Positions 35,914 to 46,639 are shown, numbered from the stretch's first letter. The stretch is 51,808 nucleotides of DNA from Octopus bimaculoides (GCF_001194135.2 NC_069002.1:12715374-12767181), one strand, 5' to 3'. A program made the numbers and translations. Notes: generated by a model from the letters alone, not told the origin.

Positions 35914-38900
35914 NNNNNNNNNNNNNNNNNNNNNNNNNNNNNNNNNNNNNNNNNNNNNNNNNNNNNNNNNNNNNNNNNNNNNNNNNNNNNNNNNNNNNNN
36001 NNNNNNNNNNNNNNNNNNNNNNNNNNNNNNNNNNNNNNNNNNNNNNNNNNNNNNNNNNNNNNNNNNNNNNNNNNNNNNNNNNNNNNNNNNNNNNNNTGAC
36101 AACTGATGCTGGTGTGTTTACGTCCCCGTAACTTAGCGGTTCGGCAAAAAGAGACCGATAGAAGTACTAGGCTTACAAAAGAATAAGTCCTGGGGTTGAT
36201 TTTCTCGACTAAAGGCGGTGCTCCAGCATGGCCGCAGTCAAATGACTGAAACAAGTAAAAGAGTAAAAGAGATAGGTTCTGACATCATTAAAAACATTGT
36301 TACATGAATACAAGTCTGTTTTTCATAATGTAACACTATGTTACTTAGTGAAGGCACATGGTTTAGTGGTTAGGGTGTTTGGTTTACAATCATAGATTCA
36401 TGAGTTCAATTCCCGGTGATGTGTTGTGTCCTTGAGAATGACACTTTATTTCATGTTGCTCCAATCCACTCAGCTGGCAAAAATGAGTAGAACCTGTATT
36501 TAGTCAAGCAATAGATATTTTGAATCTGGTCAATACATTCCATATCCATATATAGTAAACACACACAACAATTTTGTTGTGACTCAATTAGGAAAGAATG
36601 GGCTTGTTTTTTCTTTTGTTTATTTTTAGTTACCTGTAGAACTGGTAATGGTACTACATAAAAAGCATTGGTGCTGGTGCCATGTAAGAAGCACCCAGTA
36701 CACTCTTTAAAGGGACTGGCATTAGAAAGGGCATCCAGCTGTAGAAACCATGCCAAAACAGACTATGGAACCTGGTGCAACTCCCAGCCTTGCCAGCATG
36801 AGAAATGAATTTTAAATAATGTCACTGCTGCTGCTGATGGTGATGCCAATGATGATGATGAGGCATAATCATCGTCATAATATAATTATTTTTGTTTCTT
36901 CTTTCAGAGTAGAAAACATTGCAAAGAGAATACTAAAATCTCGGAAAGTTTAGCTCTGGCACTGTCCAAACGGATTGGTTCCGATGAAGAGGATGGAGGT
37001 TGGTAAAGGTTTCCTTTCATTTCACCTAAAGACACATAATCTCCCATTAACCCATTTGTGTGTGTTACTGACTATCGGGTTCCTATTGACCTGAAAATGT
37101 GAACCAAACCAAACCCCACTCCGCCTTCCCCTGAAATGTCTTATTTTTCGAATGTCAAACCGGACCCGATTCAAAGAGAGTTAGAACCCACTAGACTTCT
37201 ATTCCAGGCAATATAGTCTTTAAATTGAAGGGTCATCAAAGTAGATGTAACATATCGAGTGTCAGAAATTATTATGTGCCACAAGGAAACATCACATTCA
37301 GAAACTCTCTCCTTCACACTTCAAGAGATAAAAAAAAATCAAATGAAGAGCCTAAGATTTATCCGAGGTCAAATTATTCATGTATGACAAGTATGGAAGT
37401 AAATAGTGAAGCCGTTTTCACGTGATAAGCGATTACACACACATCTCTGTTTTATATATAGTATAGATATATATATATACAAACATATATAAAGGTTAAT
37501 GAAGCTTTTCCTTTACACATTGTAAAAAGCTCTGCCTCTCCAATTTTTTGTTATTTTACTTTAAATTTGAACTCTTTAGACATTTATATATTGTTTTGTT
37601 TCTTCTATCTAATATTCATCTTTTCTACTTTCCATAGACTATGTGGTTCCTGTAAATAAAGTAAGTACATTCACAAAAGTATATAGATGTTTATGTAAAT
37701 CTTTGTATATGGATATGTGTATATATGCGTATATGTATGCATGTGAGCATGTGTGTGTGTGTGTGGCATGTAAAAAGCACCCATTACACTTTTGGAGTGG
37801 TTGGCATTAGGAAGGGCATCCAGGTGTAGAAACCCTGCCAAATCAGACTGGAACTTGGTTCAGCTCTCCGGCTTACCAGTTCTCGTCAAACTCTAACCCA
37901 TGCCAGCATGGAAAATGGACGTTAAATAATGATGATGGTGATGATGATGATATATATATATATATATATATATATANNNNNNNNNNNNNNNNNNNNNNNN
38001 NNNNNNNNNNNNNNNNNNNNNNNNNNNNNNNNNNNNNNNNNNNNNNNNNNNNNNNNNNNNNNNNNNNNNNNNNNNNNNNNNNNNNNNNNNNNNNNNNNNN
38101 NNNNNNNNNNNNNNNNNNNNNNNNNNNNNNNNNNNNNNNNNNNNNNNNNNNNNNNNNNNNNNNNNNNNNNNNNNNNNNNNNNNNNNNNNNNNNNNNNNNN
38201 NNNNNNNNNNNNNNNNNNNNNNNNNNNNNNNNNNNNNNNNNNNNNNNNNNNNNNNNNNNNNNNNNNNNNNNNNNNNNNNNNNNNNNNNNNNNNNNNNNNN
38301 NNNNNNNNNNNNNNNNNNNNNNNNNNNNNNNNNNNNNNNNNNNNNNNNNNNNNNNNNNNNNNNNNNNNNNNNNNNNNNNNNNNNNNNNNNNNNNNNNNNN
38401 NNNNNNNNNNNNNNNNNNNNNNNNNNNNNNNNNNNNNNNNNNNNNNNNNNNNNNNNNNNNNNNNNNNNNNNNNNNNNNNNNNNNNNNNNNNNNNNNNNNN
38501 NNNNNNNNNNNNNNNNNNNNNNNNNNNNNNNNNNNNNNNNNNNNNNNNNNNNNNNNNNNNNNNNNNNNNNNNNNNNNNNNNNNNNNNNNNNNNNNNNNNN
38601 NNNNNNNNNNNNNNNNNNNNNNNNNNNNNNNNNNNNNNNNNNNNNNNNNNNNNNNNNNNNNNNNNNNNNNNNNNNNNNNNNNNNNNNNNNNNNNNNNNNN
38701 NNNNNNNNNNNNNNNNNNNNNNNTATATATATATATATATATATAAATAATTTTCTTCATTTTTGCTTCAGTCCACCTGGCAGCAGTCAAAAGGTAAGTT
38801 GAAAATAAATTTCTCCTCTCAATAGAATTATTTTATTCTTTTATTCTGTTGAAGGCTTCCCTCATTGGGTTGCCACCATGTGATACTGTGATCTTCAAAG

Positions 38901-41900
38901 GTTTTTTTTTTCATTATTGATCAATCAACCACATTTCAGTCTCATAGTTTCTTTTTATTTGATTTGGTTAAGTCTTAGCTTTTTTTTTTTTTTTTTTTGG
39001 CTTAAAGGCAAACTCGTTGAAGCACTAGTTTACACACACTCTCACGTAGACAAGCACAAATGTACTCATACATAAATACAAACACACACACAAATACTGA
39101 CAGACTCGCATACAAATACAGACTGACAGACATACTATACACTAACAAATGCAGACACTCACTCAAGTATACACATATACACATGAACATACACACAATT
39201 ACAGACAAACACACACACATGTAAATATATACACATGCACAAATTGAACAATACACCAACATTACAATAGTCTTAATTAATGCAACAGTATAACAATAGT
39301 GACTCAACAATGTGAAAACTGATAAATAATTCAATAATATTTGCAATAAATTTAATCCTTTAGCATTTAAACCAACTATGTCCAAGCAAAATATTCTACC
39401 TGCTCTATGTTCAGACTGGCCAGATCCAGTCTCTCACACCTACTCTACCATGTTATTTCTAAAATTAGACAACAACATTGTTGAAATCTCAAAGCAACAA
39501 GATAATACAGGATTAATTCAATGCAATGTGAATAAATTAGCATTACATTTGATAGAGTAATCTGAAGTCTAAAGAGTTAAAGTTTAAAATAAAACAAACA
39601 AAGCAAATTATCTGGTTTCTCTTTTCAGATTCATTAATCTCACCTATGACACACAAAGAAATGTCTGTAAGAAAGAAGTTACCAATTCCACCATTGTTCA
39701 ATACTTCAAATTATAATGGTGAGTAGTTCTACCTCCTTCTTTTTTTCATTTCTTTAGTTCTTTCCTGCTTTTTTCTTCCTTTATTTCAGAAGTCCTATGA
39801 TTTTTACCTTTATATAAATGGTATTTCCTTTCTTGAGGTTTTCCCCATGACTTTTCTCCCAAAACAGAATTATGATAAACATCTTTTAACATCTATAACA
39901 CTATTGTTGTTGGCATGCCGTCGCTTACAACGTCGAGGGTTCCAGTTGATCTGATCAACGGAACAGCCTGCTCGTGGAATTAACATGCATGTGACTGAGC
40001 ACTCCACAGACACGTGTACCCTTAACGTAGTTCTCGGGGATATTCAGCGTGACATAGTGTGACAAGGCTGGCCCTTTGAATTACAGGCACAACAGAAACA
40101 GGAAGAAAGAGTGAGAGAAAGTTGTGGTGAAAGAGTACAGCGGGTTCACCACCATCCCCTGCTGGAGCCTCATGGAGTTTTAGGTGTTTTCGCTCAATAA
40201 ATACTCACAACGCCAGTCTGGGAATCGAAACCGTGATCCTATGACCAAAACTCCGCTGCCCTAACCACTGGGCCATTGTGCCTCCTATAACACTATATTG
40301 AACTGTAAAACATCAAGTCATTCCAGTTTAATTCTTTTACCTTAATGTTTATTAGCTTAAAAGCTGCACTCTATGTGGACTTCACTCTAACTTCTGCAGC
40401 AGGACAATTGGGCTTGCAGCCCAAAACTAAAGAGAGCTAAATAACATGACTATAATACATTTATAATGATTCTATGTCCCGGCGATGTTTGACCAGAGGT
40501 TAAGGATGGATGAGAATTAATTCTGTACTATTCTATTGTTCCAGTCACAAGTTGAATTCCAACTGTTAGCGAATTTGTCACAAAATTCTTATCTTGATGT
40601 AAAATTAACAAAGCAAATGTCATTTATCTCCCGCTTGATCTCTGACTTTATATAACAAATGCCAACCAAGATGGTGTGACTCAGCCTGCTAGAAATAGTA
40701 ATCCAAATGCTTTTAAATCAGATCCCAATGCTGGATGTTCAAAAACCAAATGAAGAGCAGATTTTCAATTCCGGGATCATCCTGATTCCAAAAAGGTATA
40801 TGTCTATGTAGAGCAAATATAGACTGAGATATAGGGGTCCCAGACAGACAGAATTTCACTTTTAATATTATAGATTATTTTGTTTTGATAAATAGTTGTT
40901 GTTATTGTTGTTGATGTTATTATTGTTATTATTACTTATCTATTTTTTCAAGAGCTTATTTTTGTAATGTGTATTATCTTTTTCATTTATTTTTGTCTCT
41001 TTTTCATTGTTTTTTTTTTTCCATTTATTTTTATTTTCTAGAAAGTTCACATCAACAAGATCCCCAGACCGTAAGTTGTTGATTCTGTATCTCCTTCTCT
41101 CCCTCCATGCATATTATAACATTCATAACAGTTATATTATATAAACAGTAGAATCACAGAAACTACTGTTCTGACCCATCACAAACTACCATCAAAATCC
41201 ATAATTAATATCAACCCAATAGCTACTGATAAAAGCAAGTTTTCAATGTTTTTACCTAAGACCTAATTGGCCAGCTGCTTGCTGATGTCATTAATCTCAA
41301 ACAAAATCTTATTTAGATGTTATTTTTACATCTGAATGCAGTGATTTGGGTGACACAGCTGCTAGAGCCATGTCTGTCAACCATTTTTCACCTATGGGCG
41401 CCTTTGGTTCTTAATCTTACTCAGATGGACTGTCCCTAGCCCTTCAGTGTTTAAAAACATCATATATTTTTATAATTAAATATTATTAGTGATTGTATGA
41501 AAAAAAAGTTGCTAAAATATTCCATGAATTGTAGATGCATAACAAATTTATTGCAGATAAAAATTTTAACAACAAAATCTTATATGGACCCCAGTTGAGA
41601 ACCACTGTTCAAGAGGGTTCAAGATCATCATCATCGTTTAACGTTCACTTTCCGTGCTAGCATGGGTTGGACGATATGACTGAGGACTGGTGAGACCAGA
41701 TGGCTACACCAGGCTCCAATCTGATTTGGCAGAGTTTCTACAACTGGATGCTCTTCCTAACGCCAACCACTCCGAGAGTATAGTGGGTGCTTTTACATGC
41801 CACCGGCACGAAGGCCAGTCAGGCGGTACTGGCAACGGCCACGCTCAAAATGGTGTATTTTACGTGCCACCTGCACAGGAGACAATCCAGCGGCACTGGC

Positions 41901-43112
41901 AACGATCTCAAATCACTAATGTATGTTATATGGTATTTGATATATCTGTGTCTGTCAATATATTTCAAATACATGATACTGGCCACTCTGAGTTATTTCC
42001 CTTTGTTCTTTTTTGCTTGCATTATGCATATTACCTAGGCCATAAACATGTTCTACTCCTTTTTATATAAACCTAAGTTTCTTGGCTACTAGATGTAATG
42101 TCGGGCAATTGTTGCACTGATGATGGCTATCGGGCCAGAAACATGTGTACAAATGTCATCTTATCTCCAGATAATTGTGTCCTCTTCCTTTACGACATGT
42201 CAACTGTGGAGCATTCTTGATTTTTATTATCTCCCCTTTTCATGTGAAGCTGGCCTTAATTGCCGTTTGGTAATTATGATTCATCCTCTAGAAGTGAAAA
42301 TAATTTTAATAAATCAAGAAGAATTTATGTTGTATGGTATTTAATATGCCTGTATTTATCTATGTTATTCAAATACAAGCTACTGACTGCTCTGCTATTT
42401 CTTTATGTCATATTTGTTTAAATTATGCAAAATACCAACATCACAAGTGTGTTCTACTCTTTTATATATATATAACAATACAATAACCTAAAAATAATTG
42501 AAGAAAGTCATTTAAAAATATTTTTATCAAATCTTTTCCAGTTTGAATGGTTCCATAGCAAAAGCAATCGGGAAGTAATCAAAGAACAGTTACTTCAACA
42601 TGAAATGGTATTTATTGGTTTTCTTGGTTTCTCTCCCCACCCCCATCTACTTACAGTTGACAACTAAGTGGAATTGAATGTTAGAATTTCTAATAAAATT
42701 TTGCTGATTTAAATAAGGTGAATGTATGCTTAAAACATTTACTTCCCAACCATATGGTTTTGGGGGTTCAATCCCACTGCTGGGTGCCTTCTGCTATGGT
42801 CTTAGGTCATCACTGCTTGGTAAGTGTAATTTCATAGACAGTAACTGTATGGAAGCCCATTGTGTGTGTAGTTTGCTGCCTGTTCCGTTAAGGGAAGATC
42901 AATGAAAAAGTATTCCATCCAGTTAGGGATAAATATCATCTAATGTACACAGTATAAAGATATGAACTACTTATAGTTTCTTGCTGTGAAGACATGTGGC
43001 TTGGCAGGTCTCTGGAATCACAAGGCATGTTACAAAAACCTGCCTAGACACTTGTCTTCAGAGCAAGAAACTGTTAGTAACTCTTATCTTTATACTATAT
43101 GCATAAAATGAC

Positions 43113-43144
<32 letters not shown>

Positions 43145-43657
43145 CATACACACACACATCCGTCCCTACATTCCGAGTTCAAATTCCGCCAAAGGTTGAC
43201 TTCACCATGCATCGGGGTCAGTAAAATAAGTACCAGTTGAACACTGAGGTCAATGTAATCAACTTACTGGTTCCCCCACTCCACTCCTGAAATTGCTGAC
43301 CTTGTGTCAGAATTTGAAACCAATATTATGACAATATCATTTGGGAAAAAATTGTAATTTTATAATGCTATTTTCTTCCTTTCTATATAGGATGGAATGT
43401 TTGCCGTTCGAAAAAGCAACCAAAAAAGCAGTTTACATAGTTATTCTTTGACATTTTACCATAAAGGCCAAATATATAACTTCCCAATACGCACTCGAGT
43501 ATCAGATATGAAATTTGCCCTGGGCTACGAGAAACCAAATGAACCTGTGAGTAATTTTATATTATATATATTTCCCGAGCGTCCAATAACACTATCTGTA
43601 TCACGTCCTCACCTTGTTGTTTTTTTGTTGTTGTTGCTTTTTGTGTTTTTTTGAACT

Positions 43658-43701
<44 letters not shown>

Positions 43702-44136
43702 TATGGGTACAGGACGTCACCAACAGTGCAAATAACATGAAATACATAAACAAACGAAGGAGAAACAAGTGAAATACGTGAACAACAATATATATATTAT
43801 TTACTATTATATATATGTATGTAATCATCTTTGTCCTTCATCAACAAAAACCCTCAAGTACTGTAAATTTGAGGCCTTTGAATACCAATGTTAGAAATCT
43901 GTATTAAGCTAGAAACATAGATTATTAAATAAGAACAATATACAAAATTATAATTAATTTATTACAGAAATTAGTTTCAGTCTATTTCTTTACTTGCTTA
44001 TTCATTTATTTATTTTTATCTTTTGCAGGCTTTTTCCAGTTTAGAGAAACTTGTGGCTTATTTCAAAGAAAACAGGATCAAACTTGCTAATAATGAGCTG
44101 GCTATTTTAACAAAACCCCTGCCAAAATTCAGCTGA
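16508..44136 (+). CDS. Multi-exon gene: SLP-76/BLNK-family adaptor protein with C-terminal SH2 domain (5' end incomplete)
   Basis: 17 candidate exons with GT-AG ends; phases chain consistently from 27254 to the stop. The last three exons give FEWFHSKSNREVIKEQLLQHEM-DGMFAVRKSNQKSSLHSYSLTFYHKGQIYNFPIRTRVSDMKFALGYEKPNEP-AFSSLEKLVAYFKENRIKLANNELAILTKPLPKFS*. This is an SH2 with family-type motifs (YNxPxR, F/YALGxxK), compared from memory with BLNK/LCP2. Upstream are an acidic DWSD motif, PxxPxR and YxxP motifs. Orthology to a specific member is not resolved. Confidence 0.88.
18643..18680 (-). ncRNA. Minimal type I hammerhead-like motif, Penelope-type 3' end (core variant CTGCTGA)
   Basis: ctgt-CTGCTGA-acgggaatgt-GAAA-ctctgag-TA-acag; stem I is ctgt/acag; AATAAA downstream. 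Confidence 0.65.
19812..19896 (+). CDS. Exon SDVESSGNEMDDGYSAQRYLQLNEVKFP, phase 0-to-1
   Basis: ttttgttttag acceptor, CAG|GTGGGT donor. Only this frame is open. Acidic with DDGY. Confidence 0.75.
20245..20550 (-). mobile_element. RTE-family 3' UTR fragment
   Basis: Family sequence with tandem units. Confidence 0.75.
20563..20728 (-). mobile_element. SINE-like family C with 12-bp TSD ggcaacattctt
   Basis: TSD at 20551-20562 and 20729-20740. Confidence 0.88.
20840..21085 (+). mobile_element. SINE family E-related, diverged
   Basis: Similar to 26637-26887. Confidence 0.65.
22585..22682 (+). ncRNA. Type I hammerhead ribozyme motif (intronic, sense)
   Basis: CTGATGA 22600-22606; perfect 8-bp stem II gctataag/cttatagc; GAAA 22661-22664; palindromic stem III CAGCTG; GTA triplet ending 22672. 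Confidence 0.7.
22797..22833 (+). CDS. Exon (E)KRPTSPALPPR(T); tandem donors after 22829 and 22833
   Basis: ttgttttcag acceptor; PxxPxR motif; donors GTACGT and GTATGT 4 nt apart. Confidence 0.75.
23580..23646 (+). CDS. Candidate exon open in two frames (FSMDQSLIQYIWDSKTLTREEL or VFNGSITDPIHLGQQDTDKGRV)
   Basis: ttgattacag acceptor, TTG|GTAGTT donor. The frame in use is ambiguous. Confidence 0.5.
24225..24393. repeat. (GTA/GCA)n compound repeat
   Basis: Direct reading. Confidence 0.9.
24943..25299 (+). mobile_element. SINE family A with 12-bp TSD atatctaaagga
   Basis: TSD 24931-24942 / 25300-25311; empty paralogous site 32819-32830. Confidence 0.92.
25752..26136 (+). mobile_element. SINE family A with 12-bp TSD aatgtcaagaca
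   Basis: TSD 25740-25751 / 26137-26148. Confidence 0.92.
26175..26545 (-). mobile_element. SINE family E
   Basis: Matches 14312-14608; head end duplicated. Confidence 0.85.
26637..26887 (+). mobile_element. tRNA-head SINE (E-related) with 12-bp TSD tatccacttaag
   Basis: TSD 26625-26636 / 26888-26899; empty site 33872-33883. Confidence 0.9.
27254..27348 (+). CDS. Repeat exon A1 (G)NNIKPPPIPPIRKKHSVHITREQNKFSSEAN, phase 1-to-0
   Basis: 95 nt, gttcacag / GTAAGT; paralog of 34066-34160. Confidence 0.85.
27400..28150 (-). mobile_element. RTE LINE ORF C-terminal relic
   Basis: GRLYEACVRTAMLHGSETWAL...QERRLHWCKHVMHMDED. Confidence 0.88.
29003..29105 (+). CDS. Repeat exon B1 SRQFSKDHSKAPEHLTQALSKLRPVATSCKEDDE, phase 0-to-1
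   Basis: ttcatttcttctcag / GTTGGT; paralog of 34554 and 36908. Confidence 0.85.
29600..32520 (-). pseudogene. L1/Tx1-like LINE ORF2 relic (APE endonuclease + RT)
   Basis: IHCVNVQGL...DVSAISET...SGGVAV (APE); DQLKAFNKVDH, NQGYSLLPLLY, VYMDDI (RT); many stops. Confidence 0.9.
33450..33548 (+). ncRNA. Degenerate second copy of the 22585 hammerhead unit
   Basis: CTGATGA 33465-33471, GAAA 33526-33529; stem II is broken. Confidence 0.55.
33625..33832 (-). mobile_element. RTE-family 3' end
   Basis: Family sequence with (CAT)n tail. Confidence 0.85.
34066..34160 (+). CDS. Repeat exon A2 (G)NYIVPPPIPPSRKKQNLSKPKEQKKISKEAN, phase 1-to-0
   Basis: 95 nt with the same splice flanks as A1; YIVP motif. 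Confidence 0.87.
34312..34532 (-). mobile_element. Second copy of the tRNA-cassette repeat
   Basis: Reverse complement of the 15263-type unit start plus tRNA-like cassette; abuts the B2 pyrimidine tract. Confidence 0.85.
34554..34650 (+). CDS. Repeat exon B2 GRKFSRDPNKATENLSQAISKLKPVATGKNDK, phase 0-to-1
   Basis: Acceptor identical to B1; donor GTTAGT. In-frame alternative donor GTAAGA after 34635. Confidence 0.85.
35071..35230 (+). mobile_element. SINE family A 5' part fused to a family C-like tail
   Basis: gtggaggcgcaatggcccc head. Confidence 0.75.
35460..35485 (+). CDS. Micro-exon C1 (V)DYVLPVNS, phase 1-to-0
   Basis: ctgttttCAG TAG tandem acceptor, GTAAGT donor; paralog of 37638. Confidence 0.8.
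35711..36272 (+). mobile_element. SINE family B spanning a gap
   Basis: Head before the gap, tail after it. Confidence 0.87.
36351..36860 (+). mobile_element. SINE family E fragment followed by RTE 3' end
   Basis: gtgaaggcacatggtttagtgg head; family 3' end at 36640-36860. Confidence 0.7.
36908..36998 (+). CDS. Repeat exon B3 SRKHCKENTKISESLALALSKRIGSDEEDG, phase 0-to-1
   Basis: tttcttctttcag / GTTGGT; diverged paralog of B1/B2. Confidence 0.83.
37638..37660 (+). CDS. Micro-exon C2 (D)YVVPVNK, phase 1-to-0
   Basis: ctactttccatag / GTAAGT; near-identical to C1. Confidence 0.8.
37765..37950 (+). mobile_element. RTE-family 3' end
   Basis: Family sequence plus (GAT)n. Confidence 0.8.
38772..38793 (+). 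CDS. Micro-exon STWQQSK, phase 0-to-1
   Basis: ttttgcttcag / AAG|GTAAGT; phases fit both neighbours. Confidence 0.75.
39352..39580. mobile_element. TTAA-bounded MITE (piggyBac-like ends)
   Basis: ttaatcctttag ... ctaaagagttaa; related copy at 10598. Confidence 0.7.
39629..39718 (+). CDS. Exon (D)SLISPMTHKEMSVRKKLPIPPLFNTSNYN, phase 1-to-1
   Basis: tttctcttttcag / GTGAGT; RKKLPIPP SH3-ligand-like motif. Confidence 0.8.
39905..40284 (-). mobile_element. SINE family A with 12-bp TSD ctataacactat
   Basis: TSD 39893-39904 / 40285-40296. Confidence 0.92.
41042..41070 (+). CDS. Micro-exon (E)SSHQQDPQT, phase 1-to-0
   Basis: Long pyrimidine tract + TAG / GTAAGT. Confidence 0.75.
41625..41905 (-). 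mobile_element. RTE-family 3' end
   Basis: Near-identical to 13123-13400. Confidence 0.85.
42542..42607 (+). CDS. SH2 exon 1 FEWFHSKSNREVIKEQLLQHEM
   Basis: SH2 start W-F-H with Arg at W+7; tcttttccag / GTATTT. Confidence 0.92.
43165..43325 (+). mobile_element. SINE-like family C fragment
   Basis: gagttcaaattccgcc motif. Confidence 0.7.
43391..43546 (+). CDS. SH2 exon 2 (DGMFAVRKS...YNFPIR...FALGYEKPNEP)
   Basis: FLVRES-type motif FAVRKS; ttctatatag / GTGAGT. Confidence 0.95.
44029..44136 (+). CDS. SH2 exon 3 / terminal coding exon, stop TGA 44134-44136
   Basis: AFSSLEKLVAYF helix-B motif; tcttttgcag acceptor. Confidence 0.92.
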   Translation, partial: AFSSLEKLVAYFKENRIKLANNELAILTKPLPKFS

Positions 44137-44557
44137 ATTTCATCACCTCCAACAAGCATATTCTCTGTAAATACTAATTTCACATAGGAATGTTTAATGA
44201 ATATATAAACAGATGTTGAAACAATGATGATGATGACGACGACAATGATGATGATAATGATGCCAACGACAATGATGAGGACAGTGGTGATGATGATGAC
44301 GGTGTGATTCAAACTTGCTGTGTAGGTGGATCCAGTGTTTGGATGAAGGGAGCTTCTCTGCAAGAGAGTATTAAGAGCAGGTCATTTAGTAATTTCCATT
44401 TTGTCATGGCTTCCTACTCACATTTATCCTAAAGAGGCAATGACAGCTTGGAGCTTCTTGCAGTAGAACGAGACAAGCTAAGTGGACATTCTACGTGTTT
44501 TGGTAATTGTAGTTTTTGGAACTAGAGGCAAAAACTCACACACATACACACTTACAG

Positions 44558-45190
44558 ATAAGGCAGTGAGCTGGCAGAATTGTTAGCATGCTAGGCAAAA
44601 TGCTTAGCAGCATTTTGTCCATCTTTACATTCTGAGTTCAACTTCCACCAGGATTGATTTTACCTTTCATCCTTTCAAGGTCGATAAAATAAGTACCAGT
44701 GAAACACTGGGGGTCAATGTAATCAACTAGTACTTTTCCCCATAATTTCAGGCCTTGTTCCTTTAGTAGAAAGGATTATTATTATCATTATTATTAAGGC
44801 AGTGAGCTGGTAGAATCATTAACACGGCAGGTGAAATGCTTAGCGGCATTTCACCTGTCGCAATGTTCTGAGTTCAAATTCCGCCAAGGTCGGCTTTGCC
44901 TTTCATCCTTTCAGGGCCGATAAATTAAGTACCAGTTGAACACTGGGGTCGATGTAATTGACTAGTCCCCTCTCACAAAATTTCAGGCCATGTGCCTTGA
45001 GTAGAAAGGATTATTATTATTGTTGTTGTTGTTATTATTATTAAGGCAGAGAGCTGGCAGGATATTTAGCATGCCAGGCTCAGTGACGTTTCATCCGTCT
45101 GTACATTCTGAGTTCAAATTTCGCCAAGGTTGACTTTCATCCTTTCAGGTACTGGCTTTGGCCTTGTGCCAAAGTCTGAAATCAATATAC
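44558..45190 (+). mobile_element. Three head-to-tail family C SINEs separated by (ATT)n tails
   Basis: Heads near 44560, 44797 and 45044. Confidence 0.85.
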
Positions 45191-45689
45191 ACTTACAGAT
45201 AGAAAGAGAAAAAGAGAGACTTTATAATTTATTAATTGACTACAAGTGACATAAACACTTTGCCTCTTCTCAAATACTCACACATATAAATGGAGAGAGG
45301 GGTGGAGAGAGAGAGAGAGGGAACAAGGGAAACATTAAAACATCTAATGTCAAACAAGTCAGCATTGAATCAGTGATGCCAAATGAATATCAATAAAATG
45401 GTTGCCAAAATATTTCCCTGCTATGAGTAACAGGGCATTGATTTTGCTCGTACTTCATATCAATGTATTTAATTGGCAGAGCACGGTTTAATTTCAGTGT
45501 GTATTTATTTAGATAGCAAAGCTGAATAAATATTTATCGAACATTCATAAGTTAATTATTCATTTATATACTTCTTCAGCTATTTTGTTTAATGCCTGTG
45601 GAATGCAATGATATGAAAAGGTACTGAGATGTACAATGATCCTGCATTTCCTATTAAGTAAATGCATTTAAAAATAATAATAAATACGC

Positions 45690-45925
45690 CCTTTTAAAGC
45701 CTAGCCAAGCTCATGGGCCCAGTTTCAATGGCGTATGTATTCCCCAGCTGGACGGGACGCCAGTCCATCGCAGCATTACTCATTTTTGCCAGATGAGTGG
45801 ACTGGAGCAAGGTAAAATGAAGTGTTTTGCTCAAGAACACAACGCGTCGCCCGGTCCAGGAATCGAAACCACAATCTTATGATCATGATGCTGACATCCT
45901 AACCACTAAGCCACACGCCACCACA
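45690..45925 (-). mobile_element. tRNA-head SINE (E-related)
   Basis: Reverse complement of gtggcgtgtggcttagtggttaggatg. Confidence 0.8.
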
Positions 45926-46639
45926 AATGCATTTTTACTCAGCATTTATTGCAAGTAACTCTAAGCTGTTCTCTCTCTCTCTTTTCCCCTCCCTTCCTCT
46001 TTCTCTCTCTCTCTGACAAACATCAGTGAATATTCTTAACAAGAGGTTAACTTGTCCAAACTAATAAGTTCCAATTGAACACTATGTTCCAATTGAATGT
46101 AATCAACTTATTGGTTCTCCTGCTCCATTACTGAAATTGCTGACCCTGTGTTAAAATTTGGAACCAATATTATGAAAAGAGGTTTATCTCCCTTACAATT
46201 ACCAAGGTATGCTCACCTTTTGTAGAATCCAATCTTGAAAAAAATCAAGTAGAAGACTTTCGCTAATTTCATCGACTGACAAGCAGTGATAAATATATAG
46301 TTCTTGTCCTTCCAGTGGATTCATGGCTTTTGTCATTCTGAAACTGGTGATTATACTGCATAAAGGCGCATGGTTTGTACAAAGTAGGCGTAGGAGTGGC
46401 TGTGTGGTAAGTAGCTTGCTTACCAACCACATGGTTCCAGGTTCAAATTCTTCTCAAGTCAGCTTTACCTTTCATCCTTTCAGGGTTGATAAAATAAGGA
46501 CCAGTTGAATTCTAGGGTTGATGTAATCAATTTATCCCTGCTCCCAAAATTTCAGGTCATGTGCCTATAGTAGAAAGGATTATTATCAAGATTATCATTG
46601 TCATCATCATCATCAGTTTCTTGATTCCAAATTGATCTT

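Noticed and set aside
40722-40795. Possible exon IPMLDVQKPNEEQIF
   Set aside because: Open only in phase 0-to-2, while its neighbours need 1-to-1; poor acceptor.
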